Shown here: piece by piece, positions 1 to 13,275 of the stretch
Layout: each line of letters opens with the position of its first letter
Position numbering within the stretch: the first letter of the stretch is position 1
Assembly (NCBI GenBank): GCA_021613535.1
Contig: CP075494.1
Coordinates: 15,686,001-15,750,000, forward strand
Source of the DNA: Adineta vaga
Lineage: Eukaryota > Animalia > Rotifera
Reading direction: 5' to 3'
DNA length: 64,000 bases
Made by a program: the position numbers and the translations under genes
The notes under the pieces: model-generated
What the model saw: the letters and a program-made list of their open reading frames with translations, nothing else
Databases searched by the model: none
Told to the model about the DNA's origin: nothing

Positions 1-218
1 TAACAATTCAATATATTCTGGTCATTTTCTTTTTTTTTGTTCAAATAATGTATTTGATTTTAGAATGAAAAATCTTTTTTGTCCGCAAGAAACAACTTGT
101 TGTGAATTAATAGATGCTATTCAGGTTGTTATCGATATCAACAAATATTTTATTGTATGAATAAAGTTCTTTTTTTTTAAATAAATCTTTTAAACTAAGT
201 TTATTTTCTATTTCTAGA

Positions 219-1030
219 TGAAATCAGATGATCCATTGGTGTGGAAATGGATATTCATGTGATGATTCTGATTGAAGATGTATGAAATATTTTGATGCAT
301 TCGATACAAACAAATATTATTCAACAATGTAGTAGTAGGAATGAATATTTTTCGAGTTTGTATCTATTCAAAAAAATTTAATTTTGTTTACTAGATAAAT
401 GTATTTGTATATGTTTAGATAATTCCAGAGAAGATAGTTAATTTTGTTACTGGTTTAATATTTGTATTAAAAGTAAGATCATTAGTTATTAGTCTTGTTC
501 GACCAATTATTAAATGTCATCCTAAAGATACTTTGAAGTATCTTTTACTACAAATCTGTGAAAATATTAAAAATATGTTAAATGATCATAAAAATGATCA
601 GGAATTTATATAGAATTTATATTTATTTGCTGAACTTGTTCATGCTCGTGCTGATACTTTATTGATATACAAAGATATAGTTTTAATTTGTTTTCATCAT
701 TCTATTTATGTTGATTTTTATAAAAGTATTACACTTGTAATTAAACATTTACTTCAATCACTTTTAAATGTTTATCCAATTGGATATGATCAAATGATTG
801 AAAATGTCGATAAATCATTCATAGATTTTTTATCTATTCAAGTGAGTTCAAATTCATTATCTTATACCAATTCATATACATTTTATTTTTATATTTTAGA
901 CATAGGAACAACATGTTGATCATGATCAACTTGAAATTCATTATCATATTTCCAATAAAAATAAAATTTATTTTACTTGTGAATTTATCAATGAGTTTTT
1001 CTATGGAGAATTCTGATTATTAAACGATCT
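219..1030 (+). pseudogene. PSME4: Proteasome activator PA200/Blm10 (PSME4)-like internal fragment, pseudogene
   Basis: Translates as ...KCHPKDTLKYLLLQICE...EFI*NLYLFAELVHARADTLLIYKD...LLQSLLNVYPIGY...FIDFLSIQ / intron / T*EQHVDHDQLEIHYHISN. By my recall this matches PSME4 (ELLWNLQLLSEI...LLRSTTLIYP...DWGKPGDLWNLGIQWHVPS). In-frame TAG stops at 611-613 and about 903-905 replace conserved Trp. Confidence 0.7.
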
Positions 1031-1301
1031 AGATTTAAAAAATTATCGAAATAGAAATGACGACGAAATAATAATAGGTTTTTCTTCTTCTTGTTCGATA
1101 TGTAGACGAATCGAATAATGAAAAACACGTTGGAGATCAATGTTGATGAGTGTACAAATGCATCGGTTGATGTATTTAGAATATTTCAAGTAACAGACGG
1201 GATTGTGACAAAAACTAAACATGAATCAAAGTTAGAGAAAAAAGCAAAAACATATCTTAGTTCAATCATTATTATTACAGTAAAAATAGTATTACAGCAA
1301 C

Positions 1302-1537
1302 AAAGGACTGTCGGATAAGATGATCCACCATAAATTCAAAATCCAAACACGCCATTTTGTAGAGCTCTTCAAGATGCATCGAATAGTATATAATAAGGGA
1401 GCGTTTCAAAATTTATGCCGGCCGCTCTGCCGCGACAAAACGGTATAAAATACATTGTTTATGCCACGGCAGAGCGGCAAAATGGCGTGTTTGGATTTTG
1501 AATTTATGGTGGGTCGTCTTATCCGACAGAGTCCTTT
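1302..1537. mobile_element. MITE-like element with long terminal inverted repeats
   Basis: AAAGGACTGTCGGATAAGATGATCCACCATAAATTCAAAATCCAAACACGCCATTTTG (1302-1359) is nearly the reverse complement of about 1478-1537. There is a second inner inverted pair, GCCGCTCTGCC / GGCAGAGCGGC. Confidence 0.75.
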
Positions 1538-1819
1538 CTCTTAATTCATTCAAGAGTCATGATTATATACTCTTCACTATAACTGATTACTTGTACTTTC
1601 AATGGTCAATTGAAAATACCAAGGTGTTTTAACAATAAAAATAAAGAAAAGAAAAGAAACGATCTATATGCGCATTATCCATCTATTCAAATATAGTCTG
1701 AATCACATTCGTTTCTGTTAATAATCATCATCAGCTTTGTTTATTCTTTCTTGTTAGTTTGTACTTTATCTGCATGTTTATTTTAATCATGTAATTATAT
1801 ATTTATTATTTAGATTACA

Positions 1820-2481
1820 ATGCCTCGCCAATTTTTATTAGCATGTTTCAAGGCTAAAAAGGATAACAATTTGTCACGAGACAGCGCACACAGTAAAAGG
1901 ATCAATAACCCAGGTGATTCGATCCGACAGGCGGATTCCGACGAAAAAACTATCGGATCTTATCGAACCCGATCTGGAATTTGCCGGAAGTTACCGGAAT
2001 CTTGGCAACAGGATTCCGACAAAAAAGGCATCAGATGTCGGAATAACTAGGATCCTGTCGAGATCTCCGAGAATCTGACACTTTCCGACATCCGGAACCG
2101 CATATCGGAATCCTGTTGCCAGGATTCCGGCGAATTCCCATCGCCCATCGGATCCGACAGGGTGAGTTCGACCTGGGAAAACAGTTGGTTCAAATCGAAC
2201 AAGCAATAATTCAAAAGTAAGTGTTAATTGTATCGAGATCAAATAAATTTTTCTTTTCTTAAAGAATATGCAACGAGAATCATACGATTGTGGGCCAAGA
2301 CGTCGTAGCCGATCAGCTCCAAACATGAGAAATTCAATCCTATGAAACATCACCTTCTCGTCAAGTGTATAAAAGAAAATCTGTACGTGACATCAATCAG
2401 AAAAAACAAAAAATAATAACTGCCATGGAAGCATCAGCTTCAGTTGATAATGACAAATATTATTCATGTGAAGAAGATTAA
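1820..2481 (+). pseudogene. Small uncharacterised gene interrupted by a transposon insertion
   Basis: ATG at 1820 (MPRQFLLACFKAKK...). Removing 1909-2177 and one AA copy rejoins the frame to ...INKTVGSNRTSNNSK|GTAAGT intron|NMQRESYDCGPRRRSRSAP. A later frameshift precedes ...YYSCEED*. Confidence 0.4.
1909..2177. mobile_element. Non-autonomous CACTA/CMC-like element
   Basis: GC-rich island bounded by CCCAGGT...ACCTGGG and flanked by AA on both sides (2-bp TSD). It is filled with direct and inverted TCCGAC/GGATTCCG/CGGAATC subrepeats. Confidence 0.65.
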
Positions 2482-3134
2482 CCATTTCTCATCGATGATA
2501 ATGATCTATTTGACTGAAACTTGTTTAAAAATGCTTTTTTTTCTTGTACATTAAAATAAAAGTCTATTCTTTTGTGATTAAAGTATCATGTAGTGATTGA
2601 ATAAAACAAAAAAAGACACGTTAAGGAATACTAATTACAGTTGTTTGATTAAAAACGTTTATTAATAACTATATGTCCAATGAATATTCAAAAGTAGAAG
2701 TTTCGGAAACTTCATTTTTATAAAAACAAAGTGATGTTGTTATAAAACCTATATGTAGAAATTCTACTAATCGACAAAATTCGACAGAAATTTTAGGAAA
2801 TGTAATCATAGACAACTTTTCGAAAAGTTTCAATAAGATTTATCTGCAGACTTGTGTCAATCTTTTAAAAGAATTTCGTGTTTTAACTATTGAATGCCAG
2901 CATATACAAGTAGATGTAGTAAAAAAAAACAATGAAATTTAAATTGTCCACCAGTCATCTACATCATAATTTCTCAATCAACATTATAGCTGTGAACCAC
3001 GTTATTTTTAATAAATGACCATAGTCGGATAATCTATACACATATGTCTTGAACATTTTTCGGAATCGTATCATAAAGTAATTATTATTAAAAAATACAT
3101 TTTATTTAAATAAACACATGTACAATGAAAGAGA

Positions 3135-6060
3135 TTAAAATTGTTTTCCAACAAGTATCATATGATCATTTTGTTCAATATTTGATATACTAATAAAGCC
3201 AAGTCGGAGATAATATTGATACAACAAAGAATTTCGTTCATCTATTAAAGCATGACAAGAATGATAACCTAAACAAATCATTATTATATTTCTTTTCTTG
3301 TAAATTATTCGACAAACCCTGTTGAATCAATTGATTACTAATTATATTTAATAATTTATTTCCAAGAAAATAAGCATGATGAGTTTGAATTATTAAATCA
3401 ACAAATAATTGTATTCGAACGGGATATCGTTCATAGATCCATTGAGAATATTCATTTGATTGAAAAAAATTCTAAAGAATCAATTATTAAACGATGAATT
3501 CAACAACAAAAAACTATTCTACTTGATCGATATTAGGATATTTCTGATGAAGTTGTGTAATCCAATTTGATTGCATAAATTTATCGTATTTTTCACTTTC
3601 AATAATTGTTAATACAAATGCACATAATTCATCTTCAGTATTATCAACAGCAAAACATAAAGGAAAATGATTTGATAAACTTGATAAATAACCACCAATC
3701 ATTCTATGAAGAAGAAAAAAAAACGTTTACATGATCATTTTTTTTCTAAAGTAACGAAAGATAAACTTACTTATCAGCGAGAATATCTGAATGTTGATTT
3801 AGAAGATTATTGATTTCATCTTCATAACAAATTCTTGTACATAATGCCGACATAGAAATCTAGAATAAATCATGTTCATCAGATTTCGATATTTTCTTTG
3901 AGAAATTAAACAAACTTGATCATTTGATGTCATTGGTCGAATAAGAAAAATATTTGACAATGTAGTTAAATCTGGTTTTAATAGTGATTGAAAATCTCCT
4001 ACAGGTAAAATATTCTAGAAAAAAAAAGAATTGAAAAAAAATTGAAAGACAATCAATTGATATCAAACCAGAAAATCTCCTGCAAGACCACCTCGTTTTG
4101 ATCCAGGTTCAACATCACCTGATAGAAATACTTGTGAACGTTTTTGTTCATTATCTTGAATAAAAGAGAAGAAATTGAAGAAAATATTGAAGAAAGGAAT
4201 GAATTTTACCAAGCCAATAAAGATACCGAGAACATAGAGAAATTGTTGAACTGATATCTGTGATATAATTATAAACATCATATAATAAAGATCGATTATG
4301 TATTGTTGTTAAACGTTGAACAAGACGATTTATACTTTTAACACGATCATGAAATGATAAAGCACGACAACGCCATTCATCTAACTAAAATTTTCATCTT
4401 AATTTTTCATTTTAATGTATTTGAAATTTACTTTTTCATTTTTCGAATAATTATATCGAAGCCAATAGAAATCAACAAACATCTGTTGTGTACTTGGACC
4501 ATGTTCATAAGGTAAATAAAACAATTCTACAAGTAATCTTATATCATCTACTGTTAATTCATTTGAATTTCCAATTCCATCACAATCCATAATATGAATT
4601 TTTGTTGATGATGTTGTTGATATCTGACTTTCACTAATTGAATCTTGTGAATCATCATCAAGATTTAAAATTGATACTGCTGGTTTTGGACTCATTTCTT
4701 GGGGAGAATGATCATACTAAAGAGAAATAAACTCATAGAAGAAAAGAGATCTTTGAAATACTTTTATGTTTTGATGTGAATCATTTGCTGATTTAATTTT
4801 ATTAAATTCAGGTAACCAATCGATTAATGCTTGATCTAAAGCTTTATTTGTTTGATAAATTTGAGTAATTGGAAGATTATCTTCATCATCATCATCATCA
4901 TCATCATCGTGATCGTCAATTTGATCTCGACTTTCATTAATTCTTAATGATTGAAACCATTGACCAAGTGTATGACATGGAATAAAATTTAATTCAAATT
5001 CACAATTTGGATTTATTAACATTCCAGATAATCGTGAAGATAAATTCGATGAACGACCAGAAAATGGTCCTAAATATAAACGACGTTGATCATAATCATT
5101 TGCATTTAAATTATCCCAAATTGTTACACGTCGTTGTAAGACATTATTTACTGATAAAATATGAGAAACTGTTATACGTTGAGAGACAATTTTTGGCCCT
5201 AAAAAAAGGTTTCATAATCATATGTTTAATCGATTGATTTTAAAGATAATCTTACCAGTCCAAAAGATATCAATATCAGGATGAAGACCATTACCGATGG
5301 TTTGTAAATAGGAAGAAGTTTCTAATGATGGTTTAGCCATTCGACTACAATACTCTAGAAATGAAAGAGTAGGAGAAGTGTTTTTCTAAGTTCAAACGAT
5401 AATTTACGTGTTGGACAAAAGAGTAAAAGATTTGGTTTATTCAGATATTCATAAATTTCATTGGTAACTGTAACTTGTGCATGTGCAAATGAAGTAAAAT
5501 GAGTTTGATCTTGTGACGACATTTCATTTTCAATGTCATCAAATAATAATGCCCAATGTTCACAACCACAATTTGATAACTAAAATTGATCAAAATCAAA
5601 ATTTATTTTTCAATCAAACAAAATCAAAATACTTGATCAAATTTTCGCTTTAATGCATTTAAATCTTTTTCCGATGAATAAATCATATCTAAACCAGGTG
5701 ATAAAGCATATACAAATTTAATTCCATATCGTTTAGCAACAAGAATTAATTGATTCAATTCAATAGATTCTTCATAAGAATAAAGATCACGCCAACGTGA
5801 ACGATGTTTAGCATCATCTTTTGGTGCATAGACATAAGTATTTAGACCAAATTTTAAACAACTAAAATATTCAATAGATTATTTTATTTAAATAAAAATA
5901 GAATGAATACAAACTATTCGAAAAGAGTTTTACGTTGATTAAATGACCATGGACGACCATAGTATCCTAAAGAGATGATGATTCGTTATTTAAATGAACA
6001 ATTTCTCACGAATTCAAATCTACCTTCAATAACACCACAAATAAAATCATTAGTCTTCAT
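3135..6060 (-). CDS. OGA: O-GlcNAcase (GH84) with C-terminal pseudo-HAT domain, multi-exon
   Basis: Spliced translation MKTNDFICGVIEGYYGRPWS...NTYVYAPKDDAKHR...YALSPG...ALLFDDI...FCPT..YCS...IWDNLNANDYD...LINPNCEFELNFIP. C-terminal ...LIGKQF-like end with stop TAA at 3135-3137. Confidence 0.93.
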
Positions 6061-6482
6061 TTTTTAGATTTCAAAAACATCTAAAAGAATGAAGAGAATT
6101 TGTTCATTACTAATACTCTAACAAGTTAAGAAATGAACGTTAAATGACATAGATACAAAACACAAATTCAGATAGTTTTATTATCAAATTCTTCGAAATA
6201 AAGATCTATGATAAGATTGTATATTCAAATGAATTCCATTCCATATCAGCTCTCTTGTCAATCAATAATAAAATAGGTTGAAGATAATTCCTGATTGCCA
6301 ATAAGCATCGTCTATTAAACTGATACAGATGTCACTCATAACTGACTCTCATTCTCTGAGCTATAAATAATTGAATCAATGGAAAGTTAAGCAAATCCCC
6401 CTAAACGAGTATATTTTTATTTATAAATTCTAAAAAAAGATCGAATCTGACAAAATAAAACTGAATTCTTTTTTTTTAGATA

Positions 6483-7894
6483 TCAATTGATTACTGGAAG
6501 TGTTAAATTAGTTGAATGAAGTTGATTCCATACATGAATTAATTCTTTTCCACGATATCCATGAAGACAAATCGGTTTCAATGATGATTTCATATCAATT
6601 TCATTCGTAAAAAATCTTCTCCATGGTGAAAATATTCCTGTTTGATTATTCAATGAAACAATTGATGAACTATACGATGAAAATAATTGATTATTTGGAA
6701 TTAATTCAATTGACATTGAATAAGCTAATAGACCCATATAAATATCATCAAAACGAAATAAACGAATATAATTTGAAGCAATATGAAATAATCGTGCATT
6801 TGATCTTGTCATTAGAAAACATCCAGCTGTTACATAAGGTGGATAACGATCATAGGGATAATCATTCATTGATATATACCAACGATCATTAAGAAATCGA
6901 CGTGGACGAGAATTTTGATAAACATAACCAGTTAGAAAAGTTCGTCGTTGTTCAATTGTCATTCGAGGATCTTGATCAATTTTATTTAAATATGTTAATA
7001 AAGAATTTAAATCAAGATAATAATCATCATCAATAAATAGAACATAATTACGTAGATTATCATTAGAAGATTTAGATGTACAATACTGATTTATCCAACG
7101 AAGCATCATTACCATTTTATCTATCAATAGAAATCTATTCTTATTGTTCAAATAACTCTCTTCTAAGAAGGAAACTGATTTTAACTAATGAAAAGTCAAA
7201 GGATAGAGTTCTGCATCGAAAATGTTTTTAAGGATTGAACTTTTTCTTTTGAAAGAGAAACTTTGTAGTGATTCTTACATGAATTATAATAATAATAATC
7301 TTTTTTATCAATTTGAATTATATCTCTATACTGTTTTGATTCTTCATTTACATTGAAATTTTCTTCATTTATCCCTAAAATAATCAAATATAAGCGATAA
7401 AAAAGAAAGTTAAATTGAATTTTACCTAAAACAAAAGCGATTTTAATTGAATTTTTTTCAAGAAAATCCTTTTTTGCCCATGTCATTCGAATTGCTTGTC
7501 GTGCTTGTTGATTCTGAATAGCTGATTTAACAAGAATAAGTAGATGTGGTTCACTGTTTATTTGAACATTCTCTTTGTGACATAAATATTGATTTTTAAT
7601 AATAAAATCATTCGAAAGAATATATTTTGGTACACCTAAGATTTTCTCCGGATATTCTTCATCAAGTTTTGTTAAATCAATCTTTGTCATTGTAAGAGAA
7701 TATTCATTCTGAAAAGATTTCTCTGACCATAGATAATATTGCACACCGGTTAGGATATTTAATAGATAGAAAACAACGAAACATAGAAAACATTTAACGA
7801 AAAATGTCCATCGAAAACGATAGGAAAAATAAGAATACCAACGATCAATGGATAAACGAAACATCATATTGCATTGTCCATTATCCAATTTCAT
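6483..7894 (-). CDS. Beta-1,3-galactosyltransferase (GT31, brainiac-like), 3 exons
   Basis: N-terminal TM anchor, LILVKSA...RQAIRMTW, FIDDDYY (DxD), YPPYVTAGCFLM and FDDIYMG motifs. Introns at about 7376-7425 and 7121-7279. Confidence 0.88.
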
Positions 7895-8475
7895 CAGGTT
7901 TTTTTATCTGAAAAATGAATCATCATTCCGATGTTGGTGATTTCAATTGATTATTCATCATTTTTGTTTCAATGTTCAATACTGAACAATAAGCTTAGAA
8001 TTAGAAAAATGAATTCAAATTCAAATCAATCATTCATTTATTGACAGATGAATTCTTACTAGATCCAATAGATATCTTTTGATAGATTAAAATAGATGTC
8101 AGTCATATCGAATCAATGTTTTGTACAACTCTCATATAGATACAAGTCATCATCATAGTGTCAATCATTCTTCTCTCAATTCTACCGTGAAATAAAGGTT
8201 GAGTAGTTTGACAGCACTACCACGTAATGAGATAGAGGTAATTATTGATGACATTTGAAACTTACTGTGCTTATGCTATTTTTTAAAGTTTGTTTGAATA
8301 AAAGATTAATTTAAGTTAAGATTGAAAATCTATATAAAGAATGTGCCATTTCTTCGTTCTCGTTAAGCATTTACGTAAATGTGGAGAAAATGAATTGTCA
8401 ACGGTATTAGTTGAATTAGAATCATCATGATTAAAAACTAATTGCATATACTCTTTTGTTCTTGAAAATACTATT

Positions 8476-8974
8476 TTATATGAATTGAAAAAGTAGAAAA
8501 GAAAAAACAATTATTAAAATAGTGAAAAGATTATTAGTAAGTCGTTTCTGTCCATTATGTCCATTGCAAAGATTAGTATTACAACAACAGGAATAAAACC
8601 ATGCATCAGTTGCATTTCTATGCCATTCACATTTGGCTTCTGTACAGTGACCAGGTGTAGCACCATTTCGAGCATAAATAGCATCTTCAGTTACATTATC
8701 TTCACTAAAAGTCTATAAATAGAATAATAAACTGAAATTTGCAAAAGAAAAAAGTTATTTACAAGACACCAGCCACTTGGTGATGTAATTTGGTCGATTT
8801 TATTCAAATTCCATGGTTTTGGACATGAATCTTGATAACATGAATAACATTTTATACTTGAAGCAACGATTGATGTATCTTAAAATTATTCAAAGTATTT
8901 ATTAGAAATTCTTTGATGCACTTACTTAAACAGAACAGAAAAAGAATACTAACAAAATGTGATGTATCAAACAT
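8476..8974 (-). CDS. Small Ly6/uPAR (three-finger) type secreted, probably GPI-anchored protein, 3 exons
   Basis: Signal peptide MFDTSHFVSILFLFCL, then IKCYSCYQDSC...WC...HC...KC...YSCCCNTNLCNG, then a hydrophobic tail LFTILIIVFSFLLFQFI*. Not called by the ORF track because of introns. Confidence 0.8.
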
Positions 8975-9197
8975 TTTATTAAATGATATAATTTTAACGT
9001 GAATATTTGATAAGAATCTTTACTGAATTTCTTTTTATTATATATAATATACTAAAAAAACATTTCTTTTATCAGACTGTATGTATGTGTTATATTTGAA
9101 AGATAATTTTTATCGACATATTAAAAGCATTTATTAAGCATTATTTATTTATGGAGACTTCTTAAAAATTACAATAACGAATAAAAAAAGGGACAAA

Positions 9198-10190
9198 CTA
9201 TGGAATGTTAGTTTTATTTGGATCGTATTCTTTATGTTGGAATTTTTCAGAATCATTTGCGGTTGTATTGACTACTACGATTGCCATCCGAGGATTTACT
9301 TGATTTTTTCGTATTGGTGCAGCTTGTATTTGATGAGAAAAAATTGCAAAAAATTGTTTTTCTAATTGTGTTGTTGTTTTTATTGTTATAATACTAATTA
9401 ATATTAAACAGACTGTTGTAATTAATCCAACAATAGCATATGTTAATGGATATAATGATCCAACTATAATCCCATAAATCATAAATATAATAACAGGAAA
9501 ACGTAAAACAATTAAAATTGATAATAGAAATAAAATACGTTTAATAACAACTAAATCTCTTTGATTTCTTTGTCGTTGAATTGCTTCAATTGCCAGACTC
9601 GGTGTTTGAGATATATTACGTAAATTTGATGTTATCCACATATAACTTATTCCAAGACAAGTTAATGGAACAAGATATAAGATAAGAATATGATAAATTT
9701 CTGGACCAATATATGTATAAGGAATAAGACAGAACATTTCCGTCGATAAATGTGCATACCAATCGATAAAAATTGGAGGTACAAGTAAAATTAAAACTAA
9801 TAACCATTGAAGAAAAATCAAAACTATATATAAATAATATGATAAAAGATATTTCTTTTTATAAAATACGACACGACATAAACGATAAAATCCTTGTAAA
9901 CAATAACTAAAATAAATTGAACATTCGAAAATATCATATAATAAACCCCAAATGTAACAAAATGTCATATTAGATATTAAAAAGCCCGAAAATAAATTCG
10001 AAGCAATCATGACAAGAGATGTTATACATGTTAAAAATGCTGATATACATGTATTACATGTTAATAACATTGATATATCACGTAATTCTCGACGAGATTT
10101 TAATTTAAGGAAAAAAATCAATAAATACATTAATATTGCCAGAAAGCATAAGCACCCATTGGTTATTCCAAGAATTCTTGCAGTTGTCAT
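9198..10190 (-). CDS. Rhodopsin-like 7TM GPCR, single exon
   Basis: 330-aa ORF with seven hydrophobic segments, a YR motif after TM3 and an ECL2 Cys. Confidence 0.85.
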   Translation of the reverse strand: MTTARILGITNGCLCFLAILMYLLIFFLKLKSRRELRDISMLLTCNTCISAFLTCITSLVMIASNLFSGFLISNMTFCYIWGLLYDIFECSIYFSYCLQGFYRLCRVVFYKKKYLLSYYLYIVLIFLQWLLVLILLVPPIFIDWYAHLSTEMFCLIPYTYIGPEIYHILILYLVPLTCLGISYMWITSNLRNISQTPSLAIEAIQRQRNQRDLVVIKRILFLLSILIVLRFPVIIFMIYGIIVGSLYPLTYAIVGLITTVCLILISIITIKTTTQLEKQFFAIFSHQIQAAPIRKNQVNPRMAIVVVNTTANDSEKFQHKEYDPNKTNIP

Positions 10191-11560
10191 TCGTTTTCTT
10201 CGTAATAATTCACAGATTCTAATAAAAAATTCACACGTTAGAACGAGAATACTCTCTATACATGTACATTTATTCTTCTGATCTTGCGTGCGTTAATGAG
10301 AAAGAAATTTTTTTCTCTTTGTCTTTCTTCTAAGAAAATAATCAATCTTATGAGAAAAACCATTCCTTTTTGACATTCATTACAGTCAATTATTTTGAAT
10401 TTATCATCAGTTCATGATGTATGATCGTGCTAGGATAACAATTTTTATTCAGTTTTAAACAAAGCCTTTTTTTTTATAGAAACTTATTTTCAGTTCAAAA
10501 AATTCTATAAAAAGCAATCAGAGTTCATAAACCACACGCATATGTTGACTGTCATTTTTCTTCCAAAAAAATGTTTTAACCTATTGATGAATATATAATA
10601 AACGAAGTTAATATCTTTCTTACCTGTATGATGGGAAGATACCGAAGAATAACAAGAGCGAATGTTTAATAAAGATTTACGTGATGTCTTATTTAATATC
10701 TAAAGCAAAAAAGTACAATAGAAGAATTTCGCGACCTTTCAAAGATTTAATTAAAAAAAAATACAATAATATTAAGTTTATATTTCTTCCAAGAAAATCC
10801 ATAGCTATCTGTCATTTTATTGAAAGGTTTAAAGAACAGCTAGTGTCATCGCTTTTTTTTCTTTTAACTAATGAGGAATATTATATCGTTGAGCGAGAAC
10901 GTTTGTCTTTTAATTCTTTTTCTCAAAATTCACGAAACAACGAATGAAAGAGAACGGCAAGCGATTAACTGCTTTACTTGATATCATGTGAATTATTTCG
11001 AAAAAATATCTTTGTTCTGTCATAGGTTGAAGACAGGAAATAGAAGAAGACAACATATAATTGATTAGGAGAAATAAATGAGGATGTAATTAATGACAGT
11101 TAGAATTATAATCATAAATTTTGTTCAATCATAGACATTCATTCGTATTTATTGAAAAATAAAAATAGATAAATATATTCTAGGAAGAATTTCTCTTCAA
11201 ACTTGATTATTATTAATTTATACTCTTTGCTTCATACTGCTGTTGATTTCCAGCTGTTAGATTCCGTTTGATAGGAAGACGACTAAGTATAATCATATAC
11301 GTCGTTTTCTTTTACTGACTAACTATTATTTTCATATGCGTAGTATTCTTGTAATTCAACATTGTGTTCTTTTAAACTTTTATTCAAAGAAAAGTATTCA
11401 GATAAGTGTGAATCCTTCTTGATTATCATTTTCTGTCTTCACTTGCGAATACACGGATGAACTTCCGCCAGAATAAAAGTACCTATGCAGACTATTTTTA
11501 CAAACTGCAGTAGAACACTTAGATGTATTTTTATACTTTGTCGACGAAAATGTAATCGAT

Positions 11561-11900
11561 CTAAGAATGACATAAAATAACCATTATACATAACAGAAAT
11601 TTTTTTTTAATATTTCGATGAAGATTTGGTGAAGCAATTAGGTAAGCATAAAATATAATTGCATATGTTAAAAATTCAATCAGAATCCACACAGTATTGC
11701 CTAATTCTTCGACTCCTAAACGGCATGAAATTTTAATTATCTTCTCTGTTGAAATTGTATAAAATAAATAAATAGCATTGGGAAAACTCGTCAGAACTAT
11801 AATAATAATGTTTTCAATCATAATTTCCTTTTTTATTATAGTTGAACAATTTGTCCTTGTTGTATTGAAGTCAATAATTAACTTCTCAGTAAAACAATAT
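11561..11900 (-). pseudogene. GPCR C-terminal (TM6-TM7) remnant
   Basis: ...VLTSFPNAIYLFY...FLTYAIIFYAYLIASPNLHRNIKK resembles the TM6/TM7/helix-8 of neighbouring GPCRs. No intact upstream frame. Confidence 0.55.
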
Positions 11901-12419
11901 AAAAAATGATTTCTGAACAGTCAAAATATGAGTAATGAAAGGTCTTTACAATGATCTTTGAACGAAGTGTATGGTTATCGAAGTCAAATATCTTTTTTCT
12001 TCATAGATAATATTAGTAGAAAACAATGAATTTCACAACATCAGAAAGACTAGATATATTCATATTCTCTGAAAAGCAAACCTTATAAATTTCATTCTGA
12101 AAAGTCCAAAACCATTAAATGTTAAATATCCGACTATGCAGTACTTTCTATACATTTGAAGATAAACTATTTTTGGTATAATTCTTATATTATGAAGAGT
12201 ATAATATAAAGAAGAAAACAGGAAACTAGAGGAAAAGTACATTTGACAATAATGGGGACATATTGAATGTAGTACCGAGTGAATATAACTTGTTTATCTC
12301 CACCTATTTTTTTATGTTACTTTTTTAGACAAACCACAGAAAATAAATAATCAAATTGTATTGATTCATCGTTTCTTTAGATCAATATGAATTTTTCGTT
12401 TAATCATAACGATCTATCA

Positions 12420-13206
12420 CAATTTCTCATTCATTTATAGAGATATTGCAGTAACTTGGAGAAAAACGAATGTTTGCCAATGAAACCATTTGAACGGTTG
12501 TTTACAAACTTACAAAAGGATATTCATCATTTTAAATCATAATTACGACATCGATGGCATTCGACGTGAAATAAAATTATTATCGAATCAGAAACACATC
12601 GTGAAATTCTTAGATAAGTTGCTGATATTAATCATAATATATTAGATAAAAGAATTAAATTAGGGTGTGAGCGAGGGTGTAAACAAAAAAGGCTCACACT
12701 CTCATCTTCAAGAATAGAATCAACCAGTCGACATGAACCAGATGTTGGCGCAACAAAGTAAACAGCATACAGAGAATAATACTTAAACGAGCTTGATTTA
12801 ATGTAATTTTTGTACGATATTGACTTCGTGCTAAAATATATCGATCAACAGCAGCTAAACAAACACATGTTAATGAAAAAGCACCACTTGCTGGACCAAT
12901 CATCCAACGCAGTTTACACAGAAATAATGAAGAAAATAATGGATCATATCCTGTCAAACCAAATATAATTCTTAATAACGTTGCTGTTAACATAACACAT
13001 TGACTTCCAATAAATGAAGCCAAGAGAAATAAAGAACTGGCTAATGTATTAAGACTTTCGAGATGGATGAATAGAATAATATCTAAGAGATTTCCAAAAG
13101 TACCAATAATGAATATGATTAAACTACCCCATCCGTATAAATTTTGAGAGAGGTTTAATAATACTGTTGTATGATGTATATCTTCAGATACTTCTGTTAC
13201 ATTCAT
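12420..13206 (-). pseudogene. GPCR pseudogene (TM1-TM4 intact, then deletions and frameshifts)
   Basis: GTFGNLL (TM1), LCKLRW...AAVDRY (TM3 DRY). The frame breaks near 12760 and only fragmentary GPCR sequence follows. Confidence 0.7.
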
Positions 13207-13275
13207 TTCTTTTACTTTGATCTATAATAATTAATTCTTGCAAGACATAGAGAATAACAATATTTTTGGAATAAA

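Noticed and set aside
1909-2177. CRISPR-like array from recurring TCCGAC motifs
   Set aside because: The motifs are short, irregular and in both orientations within a eukaryotic TIR element, with no repeat-spacer periodicity.
1991-2353. 120-aa minus-strand ORF
   Set aside because: It largely overlaps the GC-rich repeat element, so it is open by composition and has no recognisable domain.
4883-4910. (TCA)n microsatellite
   Set aside because: It encodes a poly-Asp linker in O-GlcNAcase and is ordinary low-complexity sequence.
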